Positions 1 through 12,268 of a stretch of 50,946 nucleotides of DNA are shown in pieces. The notes below the pieces were generated by a model. It did not search any database. It was not told the DNA's origin and was given only the letters and a program-made list of their open reading frames with translations. The stretch is from Nemertoderma westbladi (Eukaryota > Animalia > Xenacoelomorpha). The stretch lies in assembly GCA_032718475.1 (NCBI GenBank), contig JAUCBJ010006894.1, positions 1 to 50,946 on the forward strand, in the 5' to 3' direction. The translations under genes were made by a program, and so were the position numbers. How positions within the stretch are numbered: position 1 is the stretch's first letter; every line of letters starts with the position of its first letter.

Positions 1-558
1 ACCCCATCATAATTATGATGATCTAAGGACATGCATAGAACGTAGTCAACCACAACTATGAACAATAATGGCGCAAGTGTGACTCACTGGAGGACTCCCC
101 ATAACACTTTAAATGGTTGTGTCACCGTCAATAGTAGACACAAATGTTGTCGAACCATCGTATACTGATATTGCTGCAATAATTTAATCAATAATCCTAT
201 ATAATGAAAGTATGCGAGTGAGCGAGAGTCTAAATCAAAGGCCTTGAAGGAGTCAACAAAGATAACCGCCATATGCCTTTCTTTCTTTTTTGATAACTCT
301 TCAATTATCCACAGTGCCAAAATGGGCTCCATGGTCCCACGACCTTTACTGAACACATTTTGGTTCTCAACGTTACAGTTTCTCAGTGGGATCCCTGATG
401 CGATTTAATAGAATTCTATTGTATAGCTTTGCAGCAATCGAGAACAATTAGATTCACCGAAAAGAACCATGGAGTGTTATGTTGCCCTTCTTGGGAACTG
501 GCACCAACTTATTTGTTTTCATTTCTTGTGGGACTCTTATTGTTCTGTACATGACTAC
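1..558 (-). pseudogene. RTE-like LINE family A, decayed RT fragment (inverted)
   Basis: Reverse complement matches ~20917-21490 of the longer copy (GRGTMEPILAL, VIFVDSFKAFD, VLWGVLQ); it has stops and frameshifts. Confidence 0.85.
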
Positions 559-1069
559 TTATCTTATCTCCCAAGGCAGTCAGCAAATGGACCCAGGGCA
601 AATACCACACCCTGGTTTGCCATTCTACAGGGTGGTGTCGCGGTGGAGTCAGATATGAGGCCCATCACCCATACCTACTCTGAAGCACATGCCATAACCA
701 TTAGCTGTGTAGCTCATCTGCTGGGCCATACCCTGTACCCCTGCTGCCAGGTGCAGGTCGCAGTGAAGTGCACTCAGAGTGGACATGAGAATACTCTACT
801 CCTGACCAGCCAGCCATTGGTAGATCACCATCTGCCTTGCCAGCCATATACCCCTGCATCCAGGTATATTGGTCCTTATTCCAGGACCAAGGGTGTCCAT
901 ATCCCAGAATGAAGGGGGTCCTAGTTACAGGACCAGATTTGCCCTAGTAAGTGGGTCTATTCAGCCACAGGTGGCACCTGCATGGAGGTGGCAAGTTTTC
1001 TTGATCATTGACCTAGAATACATAAAATGTTTCATCGGTTTAGTACTCATTAGACCTTACTTACTTATA

Positions 1070-1465
1070 GGAGTCCATGCTGGGCTCTAACTGCTGAGGA
1101 CACCAAATCTCTGAATGGCACATTCACAAGAATGCTACGCCGGTTTCACTGTGTCAAGTATAATGCAAACATCTCCAACCAGACACTATATAACATAATA
1201 GGTGTCTTGGGGGATTCCCCAAGCATGACACTAGAACAAAGCCGCCTCGCCTCCTCTTTGCAGGACATTGTTTTCGCCGAGAGGATCAGCTTGTTTACAA
1301 TCTTGTGCTTTGGTAGCCCCATGGAGAAAATAAGCATGGTGGACAGCCCATGAATTTAGTGAGACGCGTTTAAAGGACACTGGCCTTGAAGGTGCGGATA
1401 ATCTCGCGAAAGTCACGGGGATAACGAGTTGTGGCGGTGTAATTTTGTTGATAAGCCTGCATACT
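1070..1465 (+). pseudogene. RTE-like LINE family A, 3' fragment
   Basis: Matches ~21920-22310 (MLRRxHCVKYNA.ISNQTLYNI). Confidence 0.85.
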
Positions 1466-1870
1466 ACTACTAGGTCGAGCGAACTCGGACAGTGGAAATG
1501 AGATCCTTCCAGGCTTCCCGATTCTCCATAGTTGTCGCAATTTCGTTTCTCCCAAGTTCAGTATCCCTTTCAAGTTGATTTATATATGTTATGGCCGGTC
1601 GTCCACGACTACGCTTTCCATGAGTTGGTTGCCAGAGGAGTAGATCTGGTATGACCTCGTCTTTACTTCGCCAGCAGTGCCCACTGATTCTTAATCTGCG
1701 TTCACGGAGGGTGGTTGATACAGGTGGTATTGTACCATAAAGCTCGGCGTTTGTCATGTGTTGTCTCCAGCTGATGTTTAGGGCTGCCATTAGTAGTCTT
1801 GTGTAGAAACCATCAATTCGCTGTTCAAGTGATTTAGTCAGTGTCCAGGTCTCACCCCCGTATAAAAATA
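1462..1870 (-). mobile_element. RTE-like LINE family B, 5'-truncated copy with (AGT)n tail
   Basis: LYGGETWTLTK...ERRLR.SGHCWR...RGRP C-terminal motifs; near-identical to 34590-34995. Confidence 0.9.
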
Positions 1871-2607
1871 AAAATATATAAACCGGCATAGCATTGTTAA
1901 TGCTCGCTGCATTGGGCTTGGCAAATGTGGATTGCATGGTGGTGACAAAATATTTTGTTAAAACTGGTATATAGCATCTCAATGGTGCAGATTCAATGCA
2001 GCAGGCCGATTATAGTACTGTAGTAGTTAAATATATTAAAATACAACCTGCAATTTTAAAATGAAGTTTATGCAATGGTATATTATTCAATTATTTTTTA
2101 AATTAATTTATTTGTTTGATATACCACACTTTTTAATTTGAAACCGTGGCTGCTCCCATTGGAATAATAGTGAATAAAAACGTTCTGGAACACACCCTTG
2201 TGAAACCGAAAATCTAAGTGCTTTTGCATATAAAGTCGATACGGTATAGAATTTGGTAACTTTTAGGGAAATCCTCAATAATGCCAATTAGGCATCAGTC
2301 GTATTATTGATGACAACAATATTACCAACCCGAATCAGTTCAAACATTTTCTACTGTATATACTTCCATGCAAGGTCTGCTGGACTATTGGATATATTTT
2401 ATTTATTTATGTGAATACACATGGCATCCTTTGGGCTACCATTACTTAATTTATATCAGGTTTATTTAAAAATATTTACAGTGAAACTATAAACGCGTTA
2501 ACGCGTACTTTACTTTAAATTTATTCAAATTTATCGTGTTTATCAGGATTTTTACCAACATTCTCATCTACAATCTAACCTATTTAACCTGCAGCATCTT
2601 ATCCACA

Positions 2608-2677
2608 ATGAAGATGTTACTTTGCGTACTGTTGTTTTCTACATTATTCGGGAATATCTATTCACGTAGAGCAAGAG
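2608..2677 (+). CDS. First coding exon (signal peptide) of a secreted ShK-domain peptide
   Basis: ATG at 2608 gives MKMLLCVLLFSTLFGNIYSRRAR plus 1 nt, then a GTAAGA donor at 2678 (phase 1). Upstream acceptor-like CTGCAG at 2594. Not in the ORF track. Confidence 0.7.
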
Positions 2678-2829
2678 GTAAGAAGTAATTAATTGATATT
2701 TATTATTCCAAAATAGTAACATTACTCAACGCCGTTAGTATTAACAGCGAGTTGTTATTTAGCACTTTACAACTTTAGAGGACATTACAGCATTGTATTG
2801 GCCTGTACATTTAGTATTATATTTGGTGT

Positions 2830-2920
2830 TATTGTTCACGCGGTAACCCAAGACGGCGTTAAGTAATGTCCACTAAGGGGACATTACTTAACGCCGTCAT
2901 GGGTTACCACGTAAACAATA
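2830..2920. repeat. 42-bp-arm palindrome (3 mismatches, 7-nt loop)
   Basis: tattgttcacgcggtaacccaagacggcgttaagtaatgtcc / ggacattacttaacgccgtcatgggttaccacgtaaacaata. Confidence 0.9.
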
Positions 2921-3567
2921 GGTGGAAATTTGCCAGCCAGATAGATAAGACAGCCAGATAGGCCTACTGCATTACATACCGGTAGACGGGGTATAGCTAT
3001 TAATAACCAGTAGGGCCTAGCTAGTAGCTATATTATTATAACATGGCTCCAAACGCCAACATAAATATTAGCTAACTTATTTATAACATAATTTATGTCA
3101 TTTTTACATTTATTTATGCAGCAACTAAAATAATTTGTGCAGTTTCTATCACTTATAATGTATATGTACAATCATTTCGTAATGTTAAAATTTTAGAATA
3201 AAACTACATACATCTTGCTGCAAAGTACTTTACAGTGTTCTGATCCTCGTGGCTTTATTTTCACTCACTCACTAACGTTCGTTCGTGTAACAAAGGATCA
3301 TCACACTGTAAAGTGCTACTTTACACACAAGTATGTAAATAGTTATTCATCTTCAGATTTTATAGGAATAAGGTACCTTGCTTTAAAGTCTGGGTCACTA
3401 TTTGTAATTTAAATCTACCCATAAATGCGGAAATGTCATGAGAGCATGTCTGCAGTAGGCCGACCGTAGTTAAATTACAGTAGATACAAGCTGAAATGCG
3501 CCGCTAACATATAGAAGCATGTAGTTAAGAGTCCAGCAACATTTTCCCTTCTTAGAAATCGAATAAA

Positions 3568-3678
3568 TGTCATGGAACAGACGTGTGTGTCATGGCGCAA
3601 TACCCATGGAACAGACGTGTGTGTCATGGCGCAATACCCATGGAACAGACGTGTGTGCCAGGGTTCCGAAAGGGTTAA
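3568..3678. repeat. ~36-bp tandem repeat ending in a piggyBac-like terminus (AGGG-TTAA)
   Basis: catggaacagacgtgtgtgtcatggcgcaatacc x2.5, followed by ccgaaagggttaa. Confidence 0.55.
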
Positions 3679-3883
3679 CATAGAACGCTTCTCATACAAT
3701 AATCATTAAAAGCCACCTGTCTCCAATTTTTGAATTTCCATTTTTTTCTCAACTACTTGGCGATTGAATATTCCTCCACATCCAAATTCGAATGACTCAA
3801 TGCCGACGCAAGGTGGCGCCTTTTGTGCCATTGATAGTAATCCAGGCTAACAATATGGGTTGTGATTTCAGTGATTGATTTTC

Positions 3884-4142
3884 AGTAACGACCGACACCT
3901 GTAACGTCCGTCCGACGCCTGTAACGTCCGACACCTGTAATGTCCGACATCTGTAACGTCCGACACCTGTAACGTCCGACACCTGTAACGTCCGACACCT
4001 GTAACGTCCGACACCTGTAGCGACCGACACCTTTAACGTCCGACATCTGTAACGTCCGACACCTGTAACGTCCGACACCTGTAACTTCCGACACCTTTAA
4101 CGTCCGACACCTGTAATGTCCGACACCTGTAATGTCCGACAC
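3884..4142. repeat. 16-bp minisatellite, ~16 copies; possibly a subterminal array of a foldback/MULE element
   Basis: Unit tccgacacctgtaacg; it accounts for the repetitive ORFs at 3797-4142. Confidence 0.9.
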
Positions 4143-5324
4143 ATGATTATTTAAAATGATTTGTTGTCCAATTACAGCGTACTGTATTATATAAAGGCAT
4201 ATTCCTTATCTGTATTGTTTGTTTGTAATGTAGGCCTACTACTAAATACTAGACCACAAAATAAACATTTTTCTTTGTTCAGGACAGAACCGAACAGCAT
4301 AAGTATATTTTTGCTACTAAGGTTTCTATCGCTGTTAAAAAGTTTTATTAAGTACACACAATACGAAATCATACGACAAGAAGTGCGGATAGATGGGAGC
4401 GTTTGAAGTTGGAAGCAAGAGCCAAGAGCAAGAGGCAAGAGCCTCATACCTGTTTAGCACCAGTGTAATGCGATAATGATAAAATTACCTACAGTATGCC
4501 CACCAATTCTGGTGCGACAGCCAGAATAAAGGAGCACTCATCGGCGACTTTTGTTGAAGAGAAAGTTCAGCGCAAGTACTAGCAGCTAGGGTCTAAGGTC
4601 CAATAGTGGCCATCAATAGCGCCGCTTCGTCTTATCAGAAATTTTACAGTACAGTAAATAATTATTGCCTCTTTATTGCTTTGGTTAGAAAATAACGTGC
4701 CATTGTAACCTGCTCCTTTCCTTTAATCTACCTATTCAATGCACATACCGGACTTTCGTACTGTAACCATTACTAGGAAGGGGGGGGGGGGGGTAGCGGT
4801 AGCCCCTCAAACTCCTCTCGATTTTTTTTCTTATTTTGTACCTCTTACATATCTCCAATGTAGCTAAAAATGCATAGGAAACGATATACCATCGGAAAGA
4901 GACTCATCAAAAGTCGATAAAATTTGAAAAAAAACATTTAGTGGCGTCCCCTACCGGTCTGCGTGAGATTTTAAAAATTTCACTTCAGAATTTCACTTTA
5001 AGGGGGAGGGGGGCTGGGGGGGGGCTGGGGGGGCTGGTACCCCCTCAGGAGATGTTTTTTTAAACAGCTCTAACTTCGTGTTGTAGGTCAATCAATGTTA
5101 TGTGGTGTTCAGCCAACGTGGGGAAGGCCAAAGTGCGAGCGAGTGGCGGAATTAAATATTTCACTAAAAACAGTCTATAAACAGTCCCTTAATATTTATT
5201 TCAAAAAAGTGCTGGATAATCTTTCATGATCTTCAGAAAACTTTTCAAACGAGCCATAAAATTATCGAATCAGGGTGAAAAACGGCGGAGGAGTAGTATT
5301 TTGAAAAATGGAAATCTCGTGAAA

Positions 5325-6440
5325 TGTAATTCCGAGATAATTTGCTTTAAAGTTTGAACCTGCCCGCTCAAACGTCTGTAGTCTGTTAATCGGTCAGTGA
5401 TGTTTGACACTGTGGCTTCATACCAACTGTCTGTAGTCTGTTAATCGGTCAGTGATGTTTGACACTGTGGCTTCATACCAACTCACTAAAATTATCAATA
5501 TGGGGGTTTTCGGGGTCGGTGATTTCATTTCTGATGTCAGTTTCAATATTTGATGGTAACTAATATGTCTGTCTGACAGTTTGTCTGTCTGTCTTCTATG
5601 TTTTTATGGACAAACTGGTAGACGGAAAGACAGCGATAACTCGAGAACTAAAAAAGATCTCGCCAAACGGTTTCAAGATTTGAACTCCCTATTAAATTCT
5701 GAATCAGATGAAAAAACCAAAAATGTGACAATTTTACCCAAAGAAGGGGTAGCCCCCCCCCCCCACCCCCCTTAACAATTTCAGTTATTTTCCATTTTTA
5801 TTTTCCGATACCATGTTTTTTGTTTATATTCATCATATTTTTCACGCACTTTTTGTATTGTCGTTTTCTATTTCTGAAAATTAGCAATTTTGTAAAAATA
5901 AATTCAAAATATTTTAAAAATATAAAAAAACCCTTTCTTGTAATTTTTCATACAAAAAATAGGGAATTATTATTAAATTAAGAAATGTGCTTGAAATTTA
6001 TTGTATAGCTTATGAAATTAAATTTCATAATTAATGCGAGGGTGAGCGGGGGGGGGGGGGGGGGGGAGGGTTAGTCCCCTTCGATAAAAATTTCACAAAT
6101 TTGCTTTTTATTGCAGAATTTAATGGGGATTTCAGATTTGATATGCGTTTAGAGATATCTCTTTTAGTTCTCGATTTATCGCGAATATCTGTCTGACAAC
6201 CTACTTGTCAAAATGTAATACAGGCAGACAGACAACCGACCCACGGATAATTTACATTCTACAAAAAATAAAACTGACATCGGAAATGAAATCAGCGACC
6301 CCGAAAACCCTCATTAATATAATTTTAACTCGGGTGGTGGTGTACTTCCATGTCAGACAATATTAACCAACCTGACCCAGATGGGTAGTTTTGAGCGAGA
6401 AGCTTTGAACTTTTGAAGACAATTATCTCAGAATGACATT
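5325..6440. mobile_element. Foldback-type non-autonomous DNA element with long degenerate inverted arms
   Basis: Reverse-complement pairs ~5328-5372/6390-6436, ~5487-5545/6270-6327, ~5634-5680/6130-6182. Related fragments at ~7040-7200 and ~19425-19580. Internal ~56-bp tandem duplication at 5373-5483. Confidence 0.7.
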
Positions 6441-7686
6441 TAGTTTTGCACGAATGTGAGCGTATTCAATTCCGCCACACCAACCCCCATAAAGTTGGCG
6501 TTAGGCAATATTGGAACTACAAGGTTGATTACCAATCAACCTTGTATCACCCCAATAAGCGGGGCAACAATAGGCCCCAAGTGGACATACACACAATGGG
6601 GGTCAGAGGTTACACCTCCGGGAGGGAGAGAGAGACAGCAGCGGGGGGAAGTACACCCAGGGAGATGGGAAGGTGACAAGTGAGTTATTAGCCAATGGGG
6701 GGAAGGCATCGGCTGAGTAGTGTAATGCGGCCAACCGGTGCAATATATTACCATGTCAGTGTATCATTCATTCACTCTTTAGTCAGATAGTTAGGGTGGT
6801 ACCGAGACTCTTATCACCGTCTCCGTCCACTGCTATCAGCCTATCTCATCAGTGCAATACCGGTACTCACGTTATTCTATTTCAACTGTGCTTTATATTT
6901 ATATTCTATGGACCAACAATAGCCAGAGTTAATAACACCAGAACTCTTTTCACGCACACGGCGGGGACGCGTAGATAAGAAACCGGATAAACCGGGATCC
7001 TCGGTGGATCCCGTCACAACGAAAAATACTCCTCCGCCATTTCTTAACCGTTTTTTTTGCAATTTTTGCTTTATATGCAAGTTCATTTCATAAGCTTCAA
7101 TAAATTTCACAAACTTTTCTTAATTAATAACATTTCCCTATTTTTTGAATGAAAAATTAACAAAAAGATTTTTTTTGTTTTTGACTAATGTTGAATTAAT
7201 TTTTACAAAATATTCAGTAACTGTTTTACAAATAACTACGATATGATGCGTCTATTCTAAGGAAAAATATATACTATACATAGTATTACTATACAATAAT
7301 AGTTTGATACTTCTTGAAAATAATATAATATGAGAGTTACGATTTAGTCAATGTATTTTGTTATGAGATTTATAATTATAATAATATTCTAATTTTTTAT
7401 AATATATAATTTAATGATACTAATTTATTATAATTTTAAATTTTGTTGTATCGTCTGACACGTTTACTTTATAAATTGAACAACTTCCTCAATATCTTAC
7501 CTTAATATTGATTAATTTATGAATTTATTTTCATCCTTTTTTTTGCTTGCTCAGATAATGAGGACGGGGTGTCATGGAGACCGTTTAATAATGAGAACAA
7601 TACTAATAATAATTATATGTATTATTTTTATTATAAGTCTACAATTCTTAGCTGCCTGACATCTACTCAAGCCTTATTCATTGCAG

Positions 7687-7815
7687 AGCGAGTTTGTGTG
7701 GACTTCCTAATACGAAAATATTGTGCTCATTGGAAGTTCCTGGGATTTTGTGAAAGATATCCAGCGAAGATGTCCAGATATTGCCTAAGAACTTGCAGGT
7801 TCTGCACGGAGAAAG
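7687..7815 (+). CDS. ShKT (ShK toxin-like) domain exon, phase 1-1
   Basis: TTGCAG acceptor at 7686; RVCVDFLIRKYCAHWKFLGFCERYPAKMSRYCLRTCRFCTEK has the six-Cys ShKT pattern ending C-x3-C-x2-C; GT donor at 7816; phase matches exon 2608-2677. Confidence 0.85.
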
Positions 7816-9946
7816 GTTGGTTTGTTTGTTTTAAGTAATCTCCAACTATTAATTAATTATTATGTTCATCTAACAATTTGATTTGTTAAAAGCCGATATA
7901 TAAAAGTCACTTAGTGCTACTTAATTAAAAAAGCAGTGAGTTTGTTCCACCTTACCCAAAGAATTCACGCCATATTTAAAGAAGCATTCAGTAGCCACGT
8001 TCTGCTTATATTATATGAGTAGGCCTATATATAAAATGATGACTGGAAGAGCGCTTTTCCACTGAATGTATTACTGAGGTCGCATCTAATCCAAAACTTA
8101 GAGTCCACAGATAAGTTTAGAAGGAAAATTGTTGTAGAACCTTGACGTCAAATATCTGTTTATATCATTGTGTATATTTTTTCAGCGTTATGATCCACCG
8201 AGTGTATTTATGAATTTATATACCAAGCGAGTGCATCGAGGGAGGTTTACATAAATATACAAGGCCCATAAACGCTGAATAGTGCACATTTCACACAATG
8301 ATGAATGTAATCTTTTTACATTATGTATACTTATCGGCGTTCTGATTGCTTAATGATGAATTAGCATTAATATTGCGGTTCCGTTCAATGGGTACAACGG
8401 CAACTGCGTACAGTGAGTCAAAGGGAACAAAACGAGTTAAAGTGTACAACATCAAACGGTACAACGAGTCAAAGGATACAAACCACGCGGCCAAAGGGTA
8501 CAAAACAGGTCATCAGAGGGTGTAAACGATACGAGTCAAAGGCTACAAAACGCCTTTTCAGAGTTCCGGTAGGTCTATACATACATCTGACTGCTGATTC
8601 TAAATTAAACTTGGTTTTCTATTCTACAACAATTCCTAATTCACGTTTATTGTTTTGGTTCCTTTCAACTTGCCTCTGTAACCTGCTCCTTTACTAATGT
8701 TAAAGCTTTTGCGGCTAAAATGTCCCCTTTTTACACAATGCTCTGGATACTCTAAACCTTAAAAAACTCTTTTAAGAACGTTATATTTTATGAACTGATA
8801 TAAACTTTCTCCCCCCAGCGTTTATTCTAAGTATAGAACTTTATCGTACACTCTTACAGAAACGCCAGTTGCTAAGATTACAAAATCACCACCAGCTATT
8901 GGACAGGATTCTCTTTGTCTTCATGCCTCTGTGATATTCACCATCCAATCAGTATACTTTCCCCTCTACGTCACACCATAGCCTGAATTACCGGATCCCT
9001 TGGTTACGGGTTGGTGGCATGGTTACTGATCCCTGATTGGAAGTTCTGACGGATTCCATAGGTTCTACAGCGTTCGACGTGATTCATGCTTTCCCGGCTA
9101 TTTCAGGCAAGAACATTATTGCAACCCCTCGAGTTGTGTGCGAGTGTTTATACACTTCCTGACTTTGCACCCAGAAACACCAGCGGCCAGAGAGACATAG
9201 AACGCAAATCTATTAACGTTTACACGTACATACTCACGTTTACATTCTTATTTAACGTCCACATGTCCTGTCCATACTACTTCTGACTAGCACTGCAACA
9301 CATCCTGACTGTCTGATATTGCCGCAACACCGCATTTTATACTGTTTTATGCTGTTATAATCTGTTGTAATTTGTAACATATGAATTAATGTTAATAGTT
9401 GGAGAATACTTACGAATAACCGGTACCGGTAGATGTCTTGGTTTTCATGATTTATTGAGGTAAGCGGAGGGGAATACTATTCACAATTGCCTAGCTCAAA
9501 TAACAGTGGTTTGTATGAGTTTATGCTGTATCATAGTCCCCAACGTACGTGAGTTAAGTTCTCCTTATATGCGAGTAAAATTGGTGACTGTTGGCAAATT
9601 AGCGTGTTTCAGTACTATTGTCAGTTGTGTGAGTATGAACGATTAATATTACATCCCTAAAGGATGTAAACATTTGCATTGTCTTATGTCCACCCGTTGT
9701 AATTGTTGTATCCTTTACATCGGAAGTATAGAAGAAATAAAGTGAAATGTATTAGGTATTAATTATCCCAGATTTATTAATACAGGTCCAGTTTATCAAC
9801 CGTACCAGACACGGTAGGCTGGTTTAAAGGGAAGTACAGAAGTACTTAAATAATTCAGCATGTCAATACAGCAGTATATTCATCAGACCATATCCCAGCA
9901 CGTAGACGGTAGTTATATTAAAAAACTGTTAAAGTACTTAGATCCA

Positions 9947-10078
9947 ACTACTAGGATCGGCATGCTGCATTGCAGCTGCATTTTTAAGAATGCTGTGCCG
10001 GCTTGTCAACAAAATTGCACCGCCACAACTCCCTATCACCCATGACATTTGCTCGATCATCCGCATCTTTAAGGCCAG
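9947..10078 (-). mobile_element. RTE family A extreme 3' end
   Basis: Reverse complement of ~22225-22356, including gcagctgcaatgcagcatgccgatcctagtag. Confidence 0.85.
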
Positions 10079-10829
10079 ATCTTAGATCCAAACCACCACC
10101 TTAAAGGAAACTGAAAGTAACTTATCAGTATATAACAGTAATTAGTATAAGTCATAACTCATAAGTCATAAGTCATATTTAAAGCGCAGCATCTGAAAGG
10201 AACTGTTGATATTGCCCGGAAAATAAACATAGTTTTTGGAGATTATATAGTAAAGATCAATCGAATAATACAATGTGTCCTACGGCTCCCTCTGCCATCG
10301 AATCCAGTCTCCCACTTCCGGTGGGTCATACGCCGCGCTAGACTGGCTTTGGCTGTGTTCATTTTGTACGGGCTGTCAGGTATTAATAGACATATAAATT
10401 AGCAGGTTAAACTGTTAAAAGGTCTAAAAGCGCGAATAACTAACATGCCTGGTTTTGGAGGCCCCCCTACAGGATAATCCCAAATTCTGCGCCTGGCAGC
10501 TGGGTACTGTATAAACAGTACTTTGACGTGTTTTTTGTACCCTTTGGTACGTATGTTGTGCCCTTCGACTTGTTGTACCCTTTCTGTAACATTTGTACCC
10601 TTTGACATGGTATTTGAACTCTTTGACATGGCTGTTGTTCACTTTGACATGTTGTACCATTTTTCCACTTTTGTACTCTATGACCTGTTGTACTCTTTGA
10701 CTCTAAATCACATGTAAGCTAATCTTATACTTAGCCTACAATGGCTAATCATAGTTGGATAATACTCAAAGACTTCTAAAACTTCTAGAACTTCTAGAAC
10801 AAAACTTCTAGAAGTTTATTTATTACTAA

Positions 10830-11070
10830 AAAAAAAAGCAAACAGTCGGCCGAAGCCGGAGGCGACCCGAAGGCTCCTCTCCTCTTTCGATAACTGCTAC
10901 CCGAGGGTAGGGGTGGGCGCTACTCCTATCCCATGATTTGCTCCCAGTTATTTAACTGGTACTCATTTTATCGACCCCAGTGGATGAAAGGCTGTGTGGA
11001 CCCTGGCGGGGCTGAACCTACAACCAATAGATTGCAGGCCCGGCGCTCTACCAACTGAGCTAACCCCGCC
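10830..11070 (-). mobile_element. tRNA-derived SINE
   Basis: Head ggcggggttagctcagttggtagagcg (A box), ggttcagccc (B-like box); central cagcctttcatcc..ggggtcgataaaatgagtacc domain shared with 23040-23082; T-rich tail; possible ttactaa TSD. Confidence 0.8.
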
Positions 11071-11502
11071 TTTACTAAGTTAGTTACATACTAAGTTACT
11101 TTGCAACGTTCCGTCCTATAGGCTGCAACGCTGCAAATTGGTACTTTGCTGCGTTTCGAGGATATCAGCAGAAAGCTGATAATTAAGTTAATACAATGTA
11201 ACAAAATAGTTTATCACGACCACTGCGTTCTAGAATCGCCAAACTTATGTGGGGAATTCTACTATTAGCCATATAGACCGGAAGATCTGTTGGTAGTCCA
11301 TCTGACAACCAACCCACTGTACATATAAAAAATATAGCTAACTAACTATAATATTAGTGACTGACATCACCACAACACAGAAACCACTGGCTATGTAATT
11401 CATTCCAACTGACTGTTTATTGCTGATGTGTCATTTTAGCTTAACCCTATTACCACTGGTGGGGGGGGGGAATCGGCCCCTTCCTAGTTTTTAGTTGCTG
11501 TA

Positions 11503-12017
11503 TGTTCGCGGTATTTCAACTTTCCATAACGCGAGTTGAATATTTTTGTATTTATTTAAAATTGATTATTCCGATATTACTACTGGGTGCGGGACCATGG
11601 GTTTTGGGCACATTCAAGAAACTGGGGGCGATTTATGGGCGAACTTTGGGGCAACTTACAGGGTACGGGAATAATTTCATAGTTATAAGGGCCAGGGGTG
11701 GATGGAAAATGCAAGCAGTATTCAGGGATTTATATTATCGTGTATAATTATTGTGAATATTTGGTGTATATTGATTTGGGGAAGCCCAAAATTATTCTTA
11801 ATCAAGTTTCAATGATGTTGAACGGGTTTCAACTATAGGAAGTTACATTAAAGAGTATATCCAACTAATGCAGCTTTTTATCAACCGCAAACTTGCATCT
11901 CAGAAAATATTCCCTCCCCACAATCAATATCCGGTGACTGGCCGGGGCTCGGTGGTCTGTTAAGTCACGTCTCCAGCATCGGCGTTTTTCCCCCCTGGTG
12001 TAGGGATAACGGCAACA
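11503..12017 (+). repeat. 5' LTR
   Basis: Direct repeat of 16862-17376; TATA-like motifs at 11743 and 11767; ATTAAA at 11847. Confidence 0.97.
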
Positions 12018-12019
12018 AA

Positions 12020-12032
12020 ATTAAGAATAATT
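12020..12032 (+). promoter_or_regulatory. Putative self-priming primer-binding site
   Basis: ATTAAGAATAATT, 2 nt after the LTR, is the exact reverse complement of LTR 11790-11802; there is no TGG tRNA-type PBS at the boundary. Confidence 0.65.
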
Positions 12033-12268
12033 CACGTGGTTAATTTTGACAGGGTGTCAAAATTAAGAATAATTACGGTCAACTTCAACTGGTGGAAGTT
12101 GAGAATCCTTCAATACTCTTCAAAAACTCTCTACGTGCTTGCCAGCACCCACTACGAGGAAACTCTGGTATTTGAGTTGAGACAAAGTCGTGGTTTAATT
12201 AATCAGCAAACTCGATCTAACCAACTCGTAGTCGGCAGATCACATATTTGGAGAGTTGTTAACAGGGA

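Noticed and set aside
469-912. 147-aa ORF
   Set aside because: It spans an antisense RTE fragment and an unrelated filler, and has no recognisable domain.
3797-4142. Repetitive ORFs (VSDVTGVGRYRCRTLQ)
   Set aside because: They are translations of a 16-bp minisatellite.
6725-6870. Minus-strand CUGAUGA with a possible stem II, and a twister-like UAAUGCGGCC on the plus strand
   Set aside because: No GAAA follows the stem and the remaining twister elements were not found.
10995-11070. tRNA gene (Cys-like, minus strand)
   Set aside because: The anticodon and acceptor stems pair poorly and the sequence runs into a SINE body.
11502-11747. ORF in the LTR (also 16921-17106)
   Set aside because: The ATG is formed by the TSD/LTR junction and is absent from the 3' LTR.
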